A DNA stretch of 64,000 nt. Source: an uncultured Clostridia bacterium. GTDB taxonomy: Bacteria; Bacillota; Clostridia; TANB77; CAG-508. The notes beneath the pieces are model-generated. The model saw only the letters and a program-made list of their open reading frames with translations. It searched no databases and was not told the origin of the DNA. Below are positions 31,084-40,802 of this stretch, piece after piece. Position 1 is the stretch's first letter. Every line of letters starts with the position of its first letter. Location: NCBI GenBank assembly GCA_944391865.1, contig CALXVD010000005.1, positions 144 through 64,143 of the forward strand, read 5' to 3'. The translations under genes and the position numbers were made by a program.

Positions 31084-31217
31084 AAATTGGAATTTGAATG
31101 GGAAGTGAGAAGTGGGATGTGGGAAGTGTGAAATTAGGGTAAGCCTTACGTAGCCTAGCCATAAAAAGCACACCTCACACTTCACACCTCTCACCTCACA
31201 AAAATAAATTACAATTT
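31084..31217 (+). repeat. Family-1 element, copy 5 (134 bp)
   Basis: Same architecture as the other copies. The right 12-mer aaattacaattt encodes the last two codons and the stop of murG (K L *). Confidence 0.9.
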
Positions 31218-32327
31218 GATTAATTCTTTTATTTCCTCATAAATTTTATCTTCCACGTTATCAATTGAAACTTTTTGAGCTTTTTGTCCCATTTTAATCA
31301 ATTTGTTTTTGTCTTTTAACATACTTTCTAATTCTTTTGTTAAAGTACTTTCATTTAAATCTTTATCTAATATAATTTTAGCAGCTCCAACATTTTCTAA
31401 TACCTTTGCGTTATATTCTTGATGATTTTCTGTTGCAAATGGAAATGGTATAAAAATTGCAGGCTTTCCTGTTTTTGCAACTTCTGTTATTGTCATTGCT
31501 CCACTTCTTGATATTATTATATCAGCTAAATTCATCATCTCTTCCATATTGTATATGTATGGCATAATTTTAACATTTTCTATTTTATTAATATTAATAT
31601 TTTTTTCTTCCAATTGTTCTTTTATTATGTCATATTGTTTTGGTCCTGCTGCCCATATAATTTGATAATTTTTGTTAGATTTGTTTTCTATAATACTAGT
31701 TAGTGTAGTATTAATTGATTTAGCTCCTTGACTTCCCCCAAAAACTAATACTATAGGTAAATCACTATTTAATCCAAGAGAGCTAATTATTTTATTTTTT
31801 TGACTTTCTGATAAATTTACCTTTTTAATTTTAGTTGGTGTACCTGTTACTACAATTTTTTTTGCTTTTGGCAATCTTTTTATTGCATCTGAAAATCCTA
31901 CTAATACTGTGTTTACTTTATTTGATAGTAGCTTTGTTGCAACACCGGGGAATGCATTACTTTCATGTAAAATTGTTGGAATTTTATATTTTGTTGCAGC
32001 AAGTATTGTTGGCCCACAAATAAATCCACCTGTTCCTATTACTATATCAGGCTTGAATTGTTTTACAATTTTTTTTGCTTCGCTAAAACCTTTTATTGTT
32101 TTAATCATATTCTTAATGTTATCTATACTTATTTTTCTATTTATACCATATGCATCAATTGTTTTTAATTCGTATCCTGCTCTTGGAACTAAATCATTTT
32201 CTAGCCCTCTTGTTGTACCAATAAACATTATTTCTGCTCTAGGATTTTCTTTTTTTATTTTATTTGCAATCGCTATTCCTGGGTTAATATGTCCTCCAGT
32301 TTGTGCTGCTGCAATTATAACTTTCAT
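31209..32327 (-). CDS. murG: UDP-N-acetylglucosamine--N-acetylmuramyl-(pentapeptide) pyrophosphoryl-undecaprenol GlcNAc transferase
   Basis: AAQTGGHINPGIAIA N-terminus, GGSQGA motif and dcw synteny. Confidence 0.9.
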   Translation of the reverse strand: MKVIIAAAQTGGHINPGIAIANKIKKENPRAEIMFIGTTRGLENDLVPRAGYELKTIDAYGINRKISIDNIKNMIKTIKGFSEAKKIVKQFKPDIVIGTGGFICGPTILAATKYKIPTILHESNAFPGVATKLLSNKVNTVLVGFSDAIKRLPKAKKIVVTGTPTKIKKVNLSESQKNKIISSLGLNSDLPIVLVFGGSQGAKSINTTLTSIIENKSNKNYQIIWAAGPKQYDIIKEQLEEKNININKIENVKIMPYIYNMEEMMNLADIIISRSGAMTITEVAKTGKPAIFIPFPFATENHQEYNAKVLENVGAAKIILDKDLNESTLTKELESMLKDKNKLIKMGQKAQKVSIDNVEDKIYEEIKELIKL

Positions 32328-32358
32328 TTTTAATTTCCCTCCGTGGATTATAATTATT

Positions 32359-33508
32359 TTATATCTTTTGGCTTTGTCTTGATATATTCAGCAATACCCC
32401 CACTGCACAAAGCAAAATAATTAGCGATGTTCCTCCATAGCTAAAGAAAGGTAGTGCCATTCCTGTTACTGGCATTGATGATGTAACTACTGCAATGTTT
32501 ATAATTGCTTGTAATCCTATTAATGCTGTAATTCCTGTTGCAAGCAAACTTCCGAACATATCAGGTGCTTTCATAGCAATTAAAATTCCTCTCCAAATAA
32601 ATACAGCAAACAGTAATATTACCGCAAGACATCCAATAAAACCTAGCTCTTCTGCAAGAACTGCAAATATAAAGTCATTATGTGGTTCTGATATGTATAA
32701 ATATTTTTGTTTACTGTTTCCAAGTCCTACACCAAAAAGTCCTCCTGAACCAATTGCATATAAGCTTTGTATTATTTGCCAGCCTGAGTCTTGTGCATCT
32801 GCCCATGGATTTAAAAATGATGTTATTCTTTCTAATCTATATGAACCTATATTAAAGAATTTTGCAAGTATATACATTGCACCAATTCCTAAACTTGCTC
32901 CTACAGCTCCAAAAGAAACAAAATGTACTAATCTACTTCCTGCAACAAGCATCATTACAGCAACAACTGCAATAATAATTACAGAAGCACTAAAGTGAGA
33001 TTGTACACCAAGTAAAATTAAAATAACTGGTGACAAAATTAAAAATGGCTTTAGGAAACCCTTCCATACATTTCTTAAATCATCTTTATGTTTTGTAAGA
33101 TAGTAAGCAAAAAATACTATAACTCCTATCTTTGTGAGCTCAGATGGTTGGAATGATGAAACAATAGGTAAATTAATCCATCTTCTTGCTCCATTTACAC
33201 TTCTTCCGAAGTCCTGGCACTAAAACTAGTAATAGTGCACCAATTGATATAATATAAGCTATCTTATAAAATTTGCTGTATATTCTATAATCTATTTTTG
33301 ATAATATAAGCATTGCTACAATTCCTATTACAGCACTTATTAGTTGTTTAATAACATATGTATAACTGCTTCCAGTAGTTGCAAGTGACGATGGTGAACT
33401 TGCCGACAATACCATAGTTATACCTAAAGCTAGCAAAAGCATTACGGTTATAAATAATATAAAGTCAAATGACTTATTTGTTTCTACTTTCTTAGTGTTT
33501 TTTACCAT
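32359..33508 (-). CDS. ftsW: FtsW/SpoVE (SEDS family) peptidoglycan polymerase. A +1 shift occurs at CGG 33206-33208.
   Basis: The junction gga ctt CGG Aag aag restores LVPGL-G-RSVNGARRWINLPIVSSFQPSELTK. The C-terminal part carries the SEDS motifs. Confidence 0.85.
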
Positions 33509-33535
33509 AAACCTCTAACCTCTAATTTATAATCT

Positions 33536-34517
33536 CTAAATAGCAAACAATGCTATAACACATAACAATAGTGTTATAACACAGAAAACTGATACTACTT
33601 TATTTTCTTTCCACCCTGATAATTCAAAGTGATGATGTAGTGGTGCCATTTTTAAAAGTCTTTTTCCTCCTGTTTTTTTAAAATATGCCACCTGTAATAC
33701 TACAGATAAAGTTTCTAGTACTGGTATTAAGGCTATAATTAATAATATTAATGGCATTTTTAAATATAATGCTATTGCTGATATTATTCCTCCGAAGAAG
33801 TAGTGAGCCTGTATCACCCATAAAAACTTTTGCTGTGTTTAAATTAAATATTAAAAATCCTAAACAAGCACCAACTATTATGCTTCCAAATATAATAACT
33901 TCTTTTACATCTAATATTATTGCTATAACTGTAAGACAAGTAGTAATAATTGCTGAAATACTTGTACTTAATCCATCTATACCATCAGTTAAATTAATTG
34001 CATTTGTTGTTCCTAGCATTACAAATATAACAAATGGTATATATAAAATCATTGGTAGGGTAATATAATTTTTTGCAAAAGGTATGAATGTTTCTGTTCC
34101 CAAATGTATACCCTTTGTTAAATATAATGTATATGCAACAGATATTATAAGTAACCCTAACATTTTATATGCTGGTTTTAAACCTGTTGTATCTTTAAGT
34201 ACTAATTTTTTAAAGTCATCTATAAATCCTATTATTCCAAATCCAATAGTTATAAATAGTAATGGAAGAATATTTTTTGCTACTTCTGGTTCTCTTGGTG
34301 CATAATAAATATACCCTCCAATAGTTCCTATAATAATTCCTATTGCAATTATTATTCCTCCCATTGTTGGTGTTCCTTGTTTTTTAAAATGAGACTCTGG
34401 TCCGTCATCTCTTTCTATTTGACCAACTTTTAATCTTCTTAATATGGGTATTACAAATATTGAAATAATTACTGTCGCTATGAAAGATACAAATAATATC
34501 TTCGTTTGGAAATACAA
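33536..34517 (-). CDS. mraY: Phospho-N-acetylmuramoyl-pentapeptide transferase. A +1 shift occurs at CGG 33792-33794.
   Basis: [12 protein letters not shown] motif. The junction ctt ctt CGG Agg aat restores [19 protein letters not shown]...APLHHHFE. The start is TTG behind AAGGAGG. Confidence 0.9.
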
Positions 34518-34631
34518 GTCCGGTTCCTCCTTAAAAATTCGTGTGTATAGGCATATATTCAGCCCATCTACATATATACATAGTGTTTTTTATACAGGTC
34601 GCTCTTGGCAAAGCGCCCCATACGTGTATTA

Positions 34632-36095
34632 TTATTTTATTATCTTTTTTATTATCTCTCTTTCATCAAATGGATATTTTTTCCCATTTATTTCTTGATA
34701 AGTTTCATGTCCTTTTCCTGCAAGAACTATTATATCATTTTTATTTGCCATATCAATTGCGTATTTTATTGCTTCTATCCTGTCTGTTATTGTTATATAT
34801 TTTCCTTTATTTTTTTTAGTTCCTTCTTCTATTTGTTTAACTATTTTTTCAGGATCTTCTGTTCTAGGATTGTCTGATGTAATTATTGTAAAGTCAGCAA
34901 TATTTCCTGATATTTCTCCCATTTGAGGTCTTTTGCCTGGGTCTCTATCTCCTCCGCATCCAAATACAGATATTACTCTTCCCCTTGTATAACTTTTTAC
35001 TGCCAATAATATGTTTTGAAGGCTTTCTGGTGAATGTGCATAATCAATCATAATTGTAAGTTCTTTCTTATTGGGAATGAGTTCGCTTCTTCCAGGCACC
35101 CTTACATCTATAAGTGCTTCTTTAATTTCCTCTGCTGTAACACCAAATTTTGTTGCAACACTTATTGCTGCTAATGAATTATATACACTAAATCTTCCTG
35201 GTATTCCTGTTTTTACTCTTTCATTTCTTGTTCCTATTTTTACTTTAAAATCCACGCTTGAATTTGTAACGGTAATATCTTTTGCAAGTAAATCGCAAGC
35301 ATTATCTATGCCATATGTTTTTATCTCGCAAGGTAAATTCATTTTCTTTATTTTTGCTACATGAAAATCATCTGCATTTATAAATCCTATTCTGCACATT
35401 TCAAAAAGTTTTAGTTTAGAATTAAAATAATCTTCCATATTTGGATGTTCTTTTTCGCTTATATGGTCTTCTGAAAAATTTGTAAATACTCCTATATTAA
35501 AATCACACCCATACACTCTTTTTAACTTTAAACTTTGTGATGAAACTTCCATAATAACTGTATCTACCTTTTCTTCTACCATTTTGCTAAATAATTCTTG
35601 CAATTCCAAGCTTTCTGGAGTTGTTCTATCACTATCTCCTAAATTTTTGTTTCCAATATAATTTGCAATTGTTCCAATTAGTCCTACTTTTTGCCCATGT
35701 TTTTCTAATATTGATTTAAGCATAAAAGTTGTAGTTGTTTTTCCTTTAGTTCCTGTTATTCCTATTAAGTTAAATTTAGAAGATGGGTTGTTATAAAAAT
35801 TACATGCAATTTTAGCAAGTGCGAGTCTTGTATCTGGAGCAACTATAATTGTTATATCGTCTTTTATATCGTCTTTTTTTAATACAGATATATCTTCAAT
35901 TACAATTGCTATTGCACCTTTTTTAATTGCTTCTTTTATGTATTTATGTCCGTCTGTTTCATATCCTCTTATTGCAACAAACAACGAATTATTTATTACT
36001 TTTCTTGAATCGTGAGAAATACTTTCAATATCTAATTCTAAATCTCCTTTTGCCTTCAACCCTTCTATTCCATTTAATACCACTTTTAATTTCAT
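34632..36095 (-). CDS. murE: UDP-N-acetylmuramoyl-L-alanyl-D-glutamate--2,6-diaminopimelate ligase
   Basis: HDSRKV, GITGTKGKTTT and DYAHSP motifs. The frame is intact. Confidence 0.9.
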   Translation of the reverse strand: MKLKVVLNGIEGLKAKGDLELDIESISHDSRKVINNSLFVAIRGYETDGHKYIKEAIKKGAIAIVIEDISVLKKDDIKDDITIIVAPDTRLALAKIACNFYNNPSSKFNLIGITGTKGKTTTTFMLKSILEKHGQKVGLIGTIANYIGNKNLGDSDRTTPESLELQELFSKMVEEKVDTVIMEVSSQSLKLKRVYGCDFNIGVFTNFSEDHISEKEHPNMEDYFNSKLKLFEMCRIGFINADDFHVAKIKKMNLPCEIKTYGIDNACDLLAKDITVTNSSVDFKVKIGTRNERVKTGIPGRFSVYNSLAAISVATKFGVTAEEIKEALIDVRVPGRSELIPNKKELTIMIDYAHSPESLQNILLAVKSYTRGRVISVFGCGGDRDPGKRPQMGEISGNIADFTIITSDNPRTEDPEKIVKQIEEGTKKNKGKYITITDRIEAIKYAIDMANKNDIIVLAGKGHETYQEINGKKYPFDEREIIKKIIK

Positions 36096-36196
36096 AGTTA
36101 ACCTCCGATTCTAAATTTTAATTAACCTTATTTATTATATAATTAAATTCTTATTTTGTATAGTAAAATTCGTTATTTTTTGATATATAATATTTT

Positions 36197-38193
36197 TTAT
36201 TGAGCATAAATTACTACTTTTGTTCCAGAATTTACTTGTATACCCTTTTTAGGAAGCTGATCTGTAACAATTACGCTATCATCTACCTTATTTTCTTCTG
36301 TTTCTCCGTTTACTTCAACATCTAATCCTAATTCTTTTAAAGCATTTTTTGCGTCTTTAATACTTAAACCTGTTACTTCTGGCATATCTACTACTTCTTT
36401 TATATCTTCTGCATTTTCTTGTTTAGAAATTTCTAAATATGGAAGAACTTCTCCGCAATACTTGAGATGCTATTGGAGAAGCTATTCCTCCTCCTTGGTG
36501 TCCTCCTTCTCCAGTTGGGTTATATAATATAATCATTATAACAACTTCTGGGTCAGATATATCTGCAACTCCAACAAATGATGCTACATACTTTCCTGTA
36601 TTTACGCCGTCTTCTGATGTACCTGTTTTTCCTCCTATCGAATATCCTTTTACTTGAGCTCCTTTTCCTGTACCTTCTGCCACAACTGATTCCATCATAC
36701 TAAGTACTTTTTTTGCCGTTTCTTCTGAAATTACTTGTTCTCCTTCTTTTACTTCTATATCTTTTCTTTCACCAGTTTTGCTATCAATAGTAGCTTTTAA
36801 AATTCTTGGAGTGAATTTCTTACCATTGTTTGCAATAGTTGAAACAACCGAAAGCATCTGAATTGGTGTTATTTCAAATCTTTGCCCAAACGATATTGTT
36901 GCAAGCTCAACTGGTCCTACTTTATCTTCTTTTAAAAATATACTTCCCGCTTCTCCTGGCAAATCTATTCCAGTTTTTGATAGCAAGCCAAATTTTTCTA
37001 AGTAATCATAATACTTTTCGACACCTAACTTTTGCCCGGAGTCCTATAAAAACTGGGTTGCAAGAATTCATTAATGCTTGCCTTAAACTTTGAGCGCCAT
37101 GTGGTCTATAATATCTCCAACATTTTATTCTTGTTCCTGCAATATTTATAGACCCTGTGCAAGAAAATTCTCCACTATTATCTGTATCTGTAATTCCTTC
37201 TTCTAATGCAACTGACGCCGTAACAAGTTTAAAAACAGAACCTGGTTCGTAAGTATCCGAAATTGCTTTATTTCTCCACATTTGTTGCAAAGCAGTATTT
37301 TTTTCTTCGGAAGATAATGAATCCCAAACTGATTTTAAATCTTCGTTATTAATCTCATAAGGATTATTTAAATCATAATTTGGATAACTTGCTATCGCCA
37401 AAATATCTCCTGTTTTAGGATTTGCAATTAAAATGTTGCCACCATCTGTGCACTCATTATCAATGCAAGCTTGAGTCAAGTATTTTTCTGCAATTGATTG
37501 TATTGTCATATCTATTGATAGAACTAAACTATCTCCATCAACAGCTTCAATATAATCCTCTCCTTCAGTTCCCAGGTCCGTTCCTGTTGCATCTGTTATT
37601 TTTAAAATTTTTCCTGTTTCACCTTTTAAAATATCATCATATACACTTTCTATTCCATCTAATCCTTGATTATCGCTCCCTGTAAATCCAATTACATTTG
37701 ATGCAAGTGTAGAATATGGATAATATCTTTTAGAATCTTCATCTATATTAATTCCTGTGGTTATATTATTCTCCTCCATCCAAATCCTTAACTTATCTGT
37801 TTCCTCTTTATCTACTTTTTTTACTATAGTTTCAATAGAGCTATTTTTACTAACTTTTTTCAATACTGTTTCATAATCTAAATCAAATATATCTGTTAAT
37901 GCTCTTGCTACTTTTTCTTTATCTTCTTTCTTTATATTGCCCGGATTTACAGATACAGTTTCTACACTAGCACTTACTGCTAAAACATTTTTTCCCGTAC
38001 TATCATAAATGGTTCCTCTTTTAGGATTTATTTTTCTATTTAATGTTTGCTGAGTATATGCCATAGCTTGCAATTCAGAGCCCTGCACAAATTGAATAAA
38101 ACCAATTCTAACAATAAGCAAAAAGCAAATTATAAAGCTTACAAATAGCATATTTCTCAATTTTCTTTTTCTTTTAATATTTGTAGGTTTCAT
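36197..38193 (-). CDS. Class B penicillin-binding protein (SpoVD/FtsI-like) with a C-terminal PASTA domain. +1 shifts occur at CGG 37036-37038 and 36453-36455.
   Basis: SVFK active-site motif. The junctions restore SCNPVFIGL-G-QKLGVEKYYDYL and ASPIASQVL-G-EVLPYLEISKQ, followed by PASTA (MPEVTGLSIKDAKNALKELGL). Confidence 0.85.
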
Positions 38194-38207
38194 AAAACAC
38201 CTCTGTA

Positions 38208-38326
38208 AAATTGGAATTTATCTGGGAAGTGAGAAGTGGGATGTGGGAAGTGGGAAACTAGGGTAAGCCTAACAAAGCCTAGCCCTAAAAAGCACACCTC
38301 ACACTTCGCACCTCACACCGCACAAA
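38208..38326 (+). repeat. Family-1 element, copy 6 (right 12-mer missing)
   Basis: aaattggaattt...ggaagtgagaagtgggatgtgggaagtgggaaa...cacacctcacacttcgcacctcacaccgcac, lying between ftsL and the PBP gene. Confidence 0.85.
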
Positions 38327-38340
38327 ATATTTCTTAAATA

Positions 38341-38372
38341 AAAAGATTAGTATTTATTTAATACTAATCTTA
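38341..38372 (-). terminator. Terminator-like hairpin immediately after ftsL, inside the dcw cluster
   Basis: The minus strand reads agattagtatt-aaataa-atactaatct followed by ttttt. Confidence 0.55.
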
Positions 38373-38921
38373 TTTAAATATATTCGAAATTGCATTTATT
38401 ATACCTTTAATACCGGTTTCTTTTTCTTCTATAACTACTTCTTCTGTTGCTGGTTCAATATAGTCCGTTTTTGGTAATGTTATATATGTTATTTGTTTAG
38501 AATTAAGTTTTTGCATTCCTAGTTTTTCTTTTGCTTCTTGTTCTAGATTATTTAAATTGAGTCCATTTTCTATTGAAATTTCTAATTGTGCATTTTCTTT
38601 TTCTACTGCTGCTAATTCTTCTTTTAGGTTTTGTACTTTTGCAAAATTTTCATCAATTTGTGAATTTCTGTAACTAATTCCAAAAAGTATTAAAAAACCT
38701 ATTGCTAAATATTTAATTGCTCTTCTTTTCTGTTTTCTTAATTGTGCCTCTTTAGAGTATTTTTTCTTGGGCTGTGTATTTAATTTTCTTGCAGTAGACT
38801 TTTTTGTTTTATACGGTGTTTTAATGGGTGTATATTCTGGCTCAAGTTTTCTTGGGCTTGTTTCATATTGATATTTATTAAAGTTTCTTGGCACTTTATA
38901 CACCTCCTTATATTTTTTCAA
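38370..38921 (-). CDS. ftsL: Cell division protein FtsL-like (bitopic, coiled coil)
   Basis: Basic N-terminus, a single TM helix ([13 protein letters not shown]) and a coiled coil, positioned between rsmH and the PBP gene. Confidence 0.7.
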   Translation of the reverse strand: MKKYKEVYKVPRNFNKYQYETSPRKLEPEYTPIKTPYKTKKSTARKLNTQPKKKYSKEAQLRKQKRRAIKYLAIGFLILFGISYRNSQIDENFAKVQNLKEELAAVEKENAQLEISIENGLNLNNLEQEAKEKLGMQKLNSKQITYITLPKTDYIEPATEEVVIEEKETGIKGIINAISNIFK

Positions 38922-39847
38922 ATACTCTTAATTTAGCACTTCTACTTCTTGAGTTCTGTTTTAATTCCTCATCACTTGGCAAGATTGGTTTTTTAGTTAT
39001 TATTTCTCCTAAATTCTTTTTTCCACACACACAATATGGAAGCCCAGGAGGACAAGTACATTTTCCTTTAGCATCTTTAAAAGCATTTTTTACTGCTCTA
39101 TCTTCTAAAGAATGAAATGTTATTACACACAACCTACCTTTACTATTTAGTGTTTCTATTGAATTTATAATTGTATCATATAGCGGTTTTATTTCATTGT
39201 TAACTTCTATTCTTATTGCCTGAAATGTTCTTTTTGCAGGATGACCTTTTTTTTCTCTATTTGCTTTTGGAATACTCTTTTCTATTATTTCAACTAATTG
39301 ATTTGTTGTTTTTATTTCTTCTGCTTTTCTATATTCACATATATTTTTTGCAATTCTTCTAGAAAACTTTTCTTCTCCATATTCAAATATTATTTTTGAA
39401 AGTTCTTCTTCTTTATAATTGTTTACAATGTACTCTGCTGTAAGTTTTTGAGTTTTATCCATTCTCATGTCTAAAGGTCCATCTTGCATATATGTAAATC
39501 CTCTTGTTTTTTCATCTATTTGATATGATGAAACTCCTAAATCTAATAAAATTCCATCAACATTGTTTATTCCCAATTCATTAATTATTTGCTTTATATT
39601 GTCGTGGTTATCATGCACATACTTCACATTATTAAATGCTTTCAATCTTTCTTTTGCTGCATTTAAGGCTTCATTATCCCTATCTATTCCTATTAAGAGC
39701 CCACTTTTAGATAATCTTTTTGCAATTTCAAAGCTATGACCAGCTCCGCCGCATTGTTCCATCTACATATATACCGTCTGGCTTAATATTTAAGCTTTCA
39801 ATACATTCATTTAGCATTACTGGAGTATGGTTAAATTCTATTTTCAT
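38908..39847 (-). CDS. rsmH: 16S rRNA (cytosine1402-N4)-methyltransferase. A +1 shift occurs at CGG 39749-39751.
   Basis: ATG at 39847. The junction aca atg CGG Cgg agc restores [14 protein letters not shown] (SAM motif DxTxGxxGHS). Confidence 0.85.
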
Positions 39848-40200
39848 AATCTAACCTCTAATTTCTAATTTCTAATAAGTATAAACAGTTGGTATTAATT
39901 ATGTACCAACTGTCATTCCCTGTTTGTTCTATTATTTTATCTTTTGTGTTTTACCAGGCTTTATTTTACCTGCTTGTCCTTTGTTTTTTATACAACCCCT
40001 CTTAAAAGTCGTATTAAATCATTTGTTTCCTTAATATTTTATCTTTAGTAAATATATAATTATACTTTTGTAAATTATATTCTTTTTTCATTTGTACATC
40101 TTTTGTATACATTTCTTTTTGTTTTTTCTTTTGTATTTTTTGATTTTCTTTTGTGTATTTTTATTTTATCTTTTGTGTAATTTATATAAACTTTTGCAAG

Positions 40201-40641
40201 TTATATACCTAGGTTTTCCATTCTTTCAGCAATTTCATCTGCTGCTAAATTTTCTTCTTCGCTATATGCAAGCCATTTATCTTTGCTCCAAATTTCTATT
40301 TTGTCAAGTACTCCTATAATTACTACTTCTTTTTCTAGTCCTGCAAATTCTCTTAAGTTGCTACTTATTAAAAATCTACCTTGTTTATCTATTTCACATT
40401 CTGTAGCTTTTGCTAAGAAAAATCTTTTCAAAGCTCTTGCATCTTTATTTGTAAGTGGGAAAGTTCTTAATTTTTCTTCAAAGTTTTTCCATTCGTTCTG
40501 CGAATATACAAACAAACACCCATCAAGTCCTTGTGTTATAACAAACTTTTCTCCGATATCGTCTTTTAGCTTTGCTGGCATTATTAGTCTTCCTTTTGCA
40601 TCTATATTGTGTTCATATTCGCCTATTAACAAATGTTTCAC
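40201..40641 (-). CDS. mraZ: Transcriptional regulator MraZ
   Basis: [19 protein letters not shown] and a second DKQGRFLIS repeat (two SpoVT/AbrB-like halves). Confidence 0.9.
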   Translation of the reverse strand: MKHLLIGEYEHNIDAKGRLIMPAKLKDDIGEKFVITQGLDGCLFVYSQNEWKNFEEKLRTFPLTNKDARALKRFFLAKATECEIDKQGRFLISSNLREFAGLEKEVVIIGVLDKIEIWSKDKWLAYSEEENLAADEIAERMENLGI

Positions 40642-40656
40642 CTCTTTTTCTGTTTG

Positions 40657-40695
40657 CTACTTTTTGTTCCACTTTCCTCCACTTCGTTCCACTTT
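40657..40695 (-). promoter_or_regulatory. Putative MraZ operator: direct repeats AAGTGGA at exact 10-bp spacing upstream of mraZ
   Basis: Plus-strand tccactt occurs at 40668-40674, 40678-40684 and 40688-40694, with a degenerate fourth unit (ctactt) at about 40658. Confidence 0.6.
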
Positions 40696-40802
40696 GACCA
40701 TATTTTATATGATAAATTACCAAAATGCAATACTTTTTTATAATTTTTTTAAAGTTTTTTGCGCAAAAAAAGAACAGGTTTTGTTCCTGTTCTAAACAAA
40801 TT

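Noticed and set aside
6463-31217. Interpreting the stop-codon-adjacent palindromes as integron attC sites
   Set aside because: The neighbours are single-copy housekeeping genes in conserved operons. No intI gene is present, and the ends do not match the RYYYAAC/GTTRRRY core sites.
2965-38326. Interpreting the family-1 repeats as a CRISPR array
   Set aside because: The copies are dispersed 4-12 kb apart, are about 134 bp long and internally palindromic, have no regular spacers, and no cas genes are present.
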